Assembly: GCF_009914755.1 (NCBI RefSeq)
Contig: NC_060929.1
Length of the DNA stretch: 64,000 bases
Reading direction: 5' to 3' (one strand)
Source: the human T2T-CHM13v2.0 reference genome, Homo sapiens
Shown: positions 56,620 through 64,000 of the stretch, in pieces
Position numbering within the stretch: the first letter of the stretch is position 1
Layout of the letters: the number at the start of each line of letters is the position of its first letter
Made by a program: the position numbers and the translations under genes
Notes under the pieces: generated by a model
Seen by the model: the letters and a program-made list of their open reading frames with translations, nothing else
Told to the model about the DNA's origin: nothing
Database searches by the model: none

Positions 56620-58324
56620 CCGGTGCATATTTTAAGTTTAGTATCTTGCCACCCATGTTAACATTATTGCTCCTCATGTGGGAATAAAGCAGCTTCTAAT
56701 AAACAAGACTGCTGTTAGGTGAGCCCCAGCCAGCAAGCATTGTTAAAGGCGGAAGAACACATTTCTTGATGATATATTTTTGTACTGTTTTCTGCCTTTT
56801 AGGAATAGTTTATGCACCCTAGCAAGATGAGATGGTGGGTATAATAAATCGTAATCGTTCCCCATTTCAGTTTCTAATGCACTGTTTTTGACTAAGTACT
56901 GAGGTATTCTGACATAGCCACCATTAGAAAATTAGAGAGGCTTAGACTTATGTACCTCTCCTGTGCAATGTTTCTCCAAATTCTTATCTGTTACCCAATG
57001 CCTCTACTAAGGTCTTACCCTTCTAAAAGAGCCGAAATTCAGTTATCGGTGGGGGTTTCTGCTGCAGATGTGTGTGCCTGAGGGTTATTTTAGTAAGAAC
57101 AGGTTTTTTAATTAGAAATCTTGGTGCTGTTAGTGTACCACAGGGCTGAATATGCAGACACTTCCTCTTTCATTGAAAAATCTCTTTGGAAGGTTTGAGG
57201 CAGATCTTCACAGCTTAATTTGCAAGGGAGCAAGTGTATTGTGTTTTTATTGCTTGTGCAGCGCCTGGGTCATCTCAGAGAGTGGCAGCAGTAGCATCGT
57301 TTAAAAAGAGTTGTCATTATTGCCTAGCTTTGGGTATTTATGCTTTCAGAAACGTGGAGTAAACAGTTTGTGATAAATTTTCTCTAGGCCAAGGTTACTG
57401 GATCTCCTTCACTGTAGATATTTTTGTATTGAATAGGAACCCAACTGTCCTATGCGGTTTCGATGCAATCAAGTCTGCAGGTCTGGGGTTGAAGAAGATG
57501 ACCTCCATAGATAGGCTGGCCTTGGGCAAAATTGTTAAGTAGGCAAAGTTCCCAGTTCCATTTATCATTTCACCAGAATGCCCTCAGGCTCTTCCCTGCC
57601 TCCCAAGCATTACTGTACCCCTCAGTTCGTCAGGCACTCTTCAATCTTAACTTTCAAAATGTATCTGGTTGGTGCCCTGTTCCCTCAGGGTCTCCATGAT
57701 TGTGGGAAGTGGTTATTTAAGTAAAATCATTTTAATAACTTAATAAGTGATTATAGGTTACCCTTCTTTACCTCCTCATCCTGTTCCCTCGCCCTTCATG
57801 CATTTACCACGTGTGCATTTCAGAAGAATCTTACCAAAACCTCAGTGCTTTCATGTAAAGGGAGAACGCTAATATCAAATATTTCAGGTATCACAGCAGA
57901 AGAGTCAGAGAAATATTTTGGAGTTGTTTTTCTCTCTTTTAAAACCAAATTTCATAAGGAAATAACTCCTGTGAGGAGCCAATATTTTCCCTAATAGTAT
58001 GAGCCTTCTTTTGCTGAAAAGGCAAACAAGTATTAGAGCCAACTTTCAAAATAATTGGTTGGTAGGTCTCCTTGACTCTACAAATCAGAGACCAGTAAAG
58101 AGGCAGGAACAGTAACAAAAACAAAATTTAAGGAAGCAGCTTTTAACAAAGTTGAGAGGAGAAAGGAGTGGCAAGAAGCAAGAGGCAGAATAAAATGACA
58201 ACTGTATTTAGCTTGGAGAAGCTGCTTTTGTCAGCCTGAAAGGAAATGACTAGCAGACTGGTTTTGTTATTCTAATAATTGTTTGATCTGAAACACTTCT
58301 AATAAGTAACTGACTAAAGAAGTT

Positions 58325-58500
58325 ATAGAACCATGGAGCTTTCGTCCTGGAAGGGAACCTCAGAATCAGAGTCTTGTCCAAATTAGGTATTTTACGGATG
58401 AGGAGTTTGAAAAACGCAATATACAATGAATTTATTCAAACTTAAGATAAAGAAGTATCAAATGTGATCCAGAGAGTATTAGAGCCTCTAAAATGTGGAA
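58325..58500 (-). mobile_element. MIR fragment
   Basis: CTGGAAGGGAACCTCAGAATCA...ATTTTACGGATGAGGAG. Confidence 0.6.
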
Positions 58501-58602
58501 GAATACAGTTTCAACTTGAAATCAAGGAACAATAACAGCAGGGTGCAATGATTAGATGGACAAAGTTTGAAGCTGGGTGTATGTTGAATCCTCTTTTACT
58601 AG

Positions 58603-58934
<332 letters not shown>

Positions 58935-59381
58935 GGCGTGGAATACTATTTTGTTAAACCAACCTTGGTACTCCCATCTATAAAATCCAAATTAAAGTGT
59001 ATGAGGACCAAATTATATATCTCAGTATAATGACCGACATAATGTGGACAATCAGTATAGTTCTTGTTAACCCTGCTATTATTTAAAGACCAATGCCTTG
59101 TTAGACAAAGATAACAAGTTAGGCAGCTTTAAATCAAAGTGAAATTATAAAAGCTGGTTACTATATGAAAAATCTATAATCTAGGTACACTCCAGAATTG
59201 TCTTGGTAGTGAAGTTTTGTTTTGTTTTTATTAGGAATAACCACATTGTGAAGAGGGATTACAACTAAAGGGAAGAAAGGGGGAAATATAAGAGAAGGAG
59301 AACGCCTCTGATGAAATTATGTAACGGTGATGCAGGGTAGTTTAGGGCAGCAGTCTTTAGTCCAGATATATGAATTATTGA

Positions 59382-59763
<382 letters not shown>

Positions 59764-60930
59764 TAGATCCCTTTTTAAAACTGATCCACCCATGATTCCT
59801 CTTGTGATCCTTCTCTGTTATAGTTGCCTTATCCTAAATTTTCAAAAGAAATTCAGATATCTTATCCATCCCACATCCTAAATTTTCTAATTGTATTGTT
59901 CCAAAGGGGGAAAGATCCTTCTGGTGTGACAGGAAGAGAATCTTTCAAAATACATGTGGAGTTGATGTTGAGAACTAGTAAGACACCTCACCCCCACAGT
60001 CTGTCTCACTGAGAGATGGATTGTCAATAAAATTTTACTTTTTGTACTTAATAACTATTTTTTCAAACTTCATGTGTGTGTATATATGTTTTGTCAATTA
60101 TATAGTAATGAGTATTATAATGCTAACTAAATCTCCCTCACAATGGTTAACTCTTAAAGCCTATGATCCTACAAAAAAATTAATTAGTTTGAATACCTTT
60201 ATATTTTGGAGAGGAGTATGAAATCAAATATTACAAGCTAAAATTATATATTAAAAAACAACTTGCAAATGGAGATAACATTTTGAATATTTAAGTATAC
60301 ATATATGAAGGTGTGTATCAAATTGCTGTTGGCTTTATATTCTTTTGGTTGCATTTAAAAAATGTTGTATAGCAAAAACTAAGAATTGTCTATTTTACAA
60401 TTCTTTACATTGTAGACAACTAGGAGCAATGTAAAATAGTTTTTCTCTGTAGACATGCTAATGAATTCTGCTCAGTGGAGACACAGTCTTCCTTCCTTCG
60501 TAGAGAAAGAGTTTGGACTCTATCTGCATATTCATTTCTACATTCCTGATTTACAAATATATCTGTTCTCTGGATTCTCTTTTAAACTGGTTATAACATC
60601 TTCTCAGTTTCCTCATTAATAAGGAAAATAAAATATAACGTGCTTATTTTTACAGCAGTATGAGAGTCATGCTTTTACCCATTAAAAATTATCTTTTAAT
60701 AAATATAACCATTTTTAAATGTCACTATCATAATATCATAAAGGTTGTATGCTTTGAAATAACTAAAACTTATGAAAAAATTTAGATGTTATCTTAAAAA
60801 CATACATGGTCAATGTTAAATGTATATTGCTAGATGGAAGAAGCCATCTGAAAAGGCTACATACTGCACCATTCCAACTACATTATGTTGTAGAAATGGT
60901 AACACTATGCAGACAGAAAAAAGACCAGCT

Positions 60931-61209
<279 letters not shown>

Positions 61210-61403
61210 CAGTGGTTGCCAGGGATTATCAGGGAAAGAGAGAAGAATAAGTATATCGCAGAGGATTTCTAGGGCAGTGAAACTATTCTTTGTGATACTA
61301 CAATGGTGGATATGTGTCAGATACATTTGTCAAAGCCCATAGCATATAAAACCCCAAGATTGAGCCTTAGTGTGTAAACTATGAACTTTGTATGATAATG
61401 ATG

Positions 61404-62217
<814 letters not shown>

Positions 62218-62475
62218 GCAGGTTCAACGATTGTAACAAATGAACCATTGTGGTATGGGATGCTGATGGTGAAGGAGATTGAGTCTGGGTGGAGACATGG
62301 AGTATATGGAAATTGTCTGTATTTCCCACTAAATTTTGCTGTGAACCTAAAACTACTCTAAAAAATAAAGCTTATTCATAAAAATAATTTTAACATGCAG
62401 AGTCAAAGATTTTTCAAAATCCTTATGATATGCATATGATTCATGGATGACTTCTGAAATTTTATTATCCTGCAG

Positions 62476-62576
62476 ACATTTTCTCTCTGAAGACGCTTTG
62501 ACGTTATTTTCGGGAAGCCTATTCCTCCCCCAGAGTTCACAGTATTGTTGATCAGGAGGGATGAGCAGCAATGCGT
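62476..62576 (+). other. Candidate alternative first/5' exon ending ATG AGC AGC AAT GCG T (MSSNA, phase 1)
   Basis: Apparently non-repeat with several CpGs; GGAGGGATGA start context at 62561; donor CGT|GTAAGC; possible acceptor TCCTGCAG at 62475. Confidence 0.3.
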
Positions 62577-63068
62577 GTAAGCTATGCTGGGCCCGTTATC
62601 TCTGGGAATGTTAATCATGACTGAAGTGGTAAAGCAGCTGGTGCAGTATGTTGTAATAGTGATGCAGGAAATTTCTGCTTTGTGTGGTTCTTGCCCCATC
62701 TAAAGCCTCGTTGTTGTTTTCCCCACTCTGACACTCTGACCCTCCCGAATTTAAAACAAAAAAATCCAACTGCTTCAGGTAATGCAAGACAGAAAGATAA
62801 ATTGAATCTTTAGGGGACAGGTTTCAGTTTAGCTTCATCGACCTACTGGCCTGCATGCCCTGAATGTCCATCCTGCTCCATGACTTAGCAGCTTACAATA
62901 ATGATTCTATTTAAGAGTTTCTCTTGTCCTGTCAGTGTATTATGATAGAAAGTAATATCTTGAAAGGGAAGACCTAACAAAACAAAATTAAATTAAAAAA
63001 AAAGTTGTTTCTTCTGATTTCTGTTTAAAACCAAGTAACATGGAGTATTAACTATGTAAGTGGATAAT

Positions 63069-63382
<314 letters not shown>

Positions 63383-63444
63383 TGAATAATTTTTATACAA
63401 CCTGTCAACAGGGTAACAAGTCTGCAGGAGACTTTTATCCCAAC

Positions 63445-64000
63445 GTTTTATAATAAAAAATGTAAAGCATACTAAAAACTTGAAAGGACAGTGCAAAGTT
63501 GTATCTACATAAAAAAGTTAACATTTTGCCATATATGTTTCCTTTTTATAATTTTTTTGCTGAGTCTTTTGAACGCAAGTAAGTATAGACGTCAGGTCAC
63601 TTTTCCTCTAAAAATTGTACCGTGTGTTTTCTAAGAATTAGAGGATTCTTCTTCATGACTATAATAATATTATTACAATAATGAAATCTGGTAATATTGA
63701 CTACTATTATCTAATTCAAGGCCATACATGAATGTCTTTATTCCTGCCATCCAATATCTCCTATAACTTTTTTCTCCTAACAATGAGCCAATGAAGATTC
63801 ACACATCCTATTTTGCTGCTTTGGTTTGTTATTCTTTTAAAATCTATGGAAATATTTGCATAGTATTTGTTCTGTTTTGCTTTGTTTTGTCCTATGATGT
63901 TAATTCTTTGCAGAGATCTGACCTGTAGAATGCTCCATACTCTGAATATGTTTATCTCCTCATTGGTCATTGAACTTTCCTGTTTACTGTATATTTTCTA
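63445..64000 (-). mobile_element. Old L1M (L1MC/ME-like) 3' fragment
   Basis: GTTAACATTTTGCCATAT, GTGTGTTTTCTAAGAA, GATCTGACCTGTAGAATGCTCCATACTCTG motifs. Confidence 0.65.

Overview
This is hominoid (human or great-ape-like) non-coding DNA; the lineage call rests on AluY copies and a young L1PA2-type fragment. It is AT-rich and dominated by transposable elements. No multi-codon host coding exon is recognisable: every long ORF in the track maps to L1, Alu, Tigger or LTR sequence. The main elements are a near full-length ancient L1MB (about 6.4-22.8 kb, minus strand) hosting a deleted THE1, an AluSc, a full-length L1PA7-type element and an apparently captured ~1.2 kb genomic fragment; a truncated L1PB1; an L1PA2 3' fragment with no visible TSD; a near full-length Tigger1; about 27 Alus; and MaLR/ERV LTR, MIR, L2 and MER fragments. 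The four best-defined L1 insertions are all on the minus strand, which fits an intron of a + strand gene. The best non-repeat signal is at 56.1-56.9 kb: a candidate 14-nt microexon with good splice sites, followed by a dense RBFOX (TGCATG) and QKI-type motif cluster. A phase-compatible candidate alternative first exon (MSSNA) lies at ~62.5 kb. The host gene could not be identified. Repeat subfamily names come from recalled consensus sequences, and boundaries are approximate unless a TSD is given.
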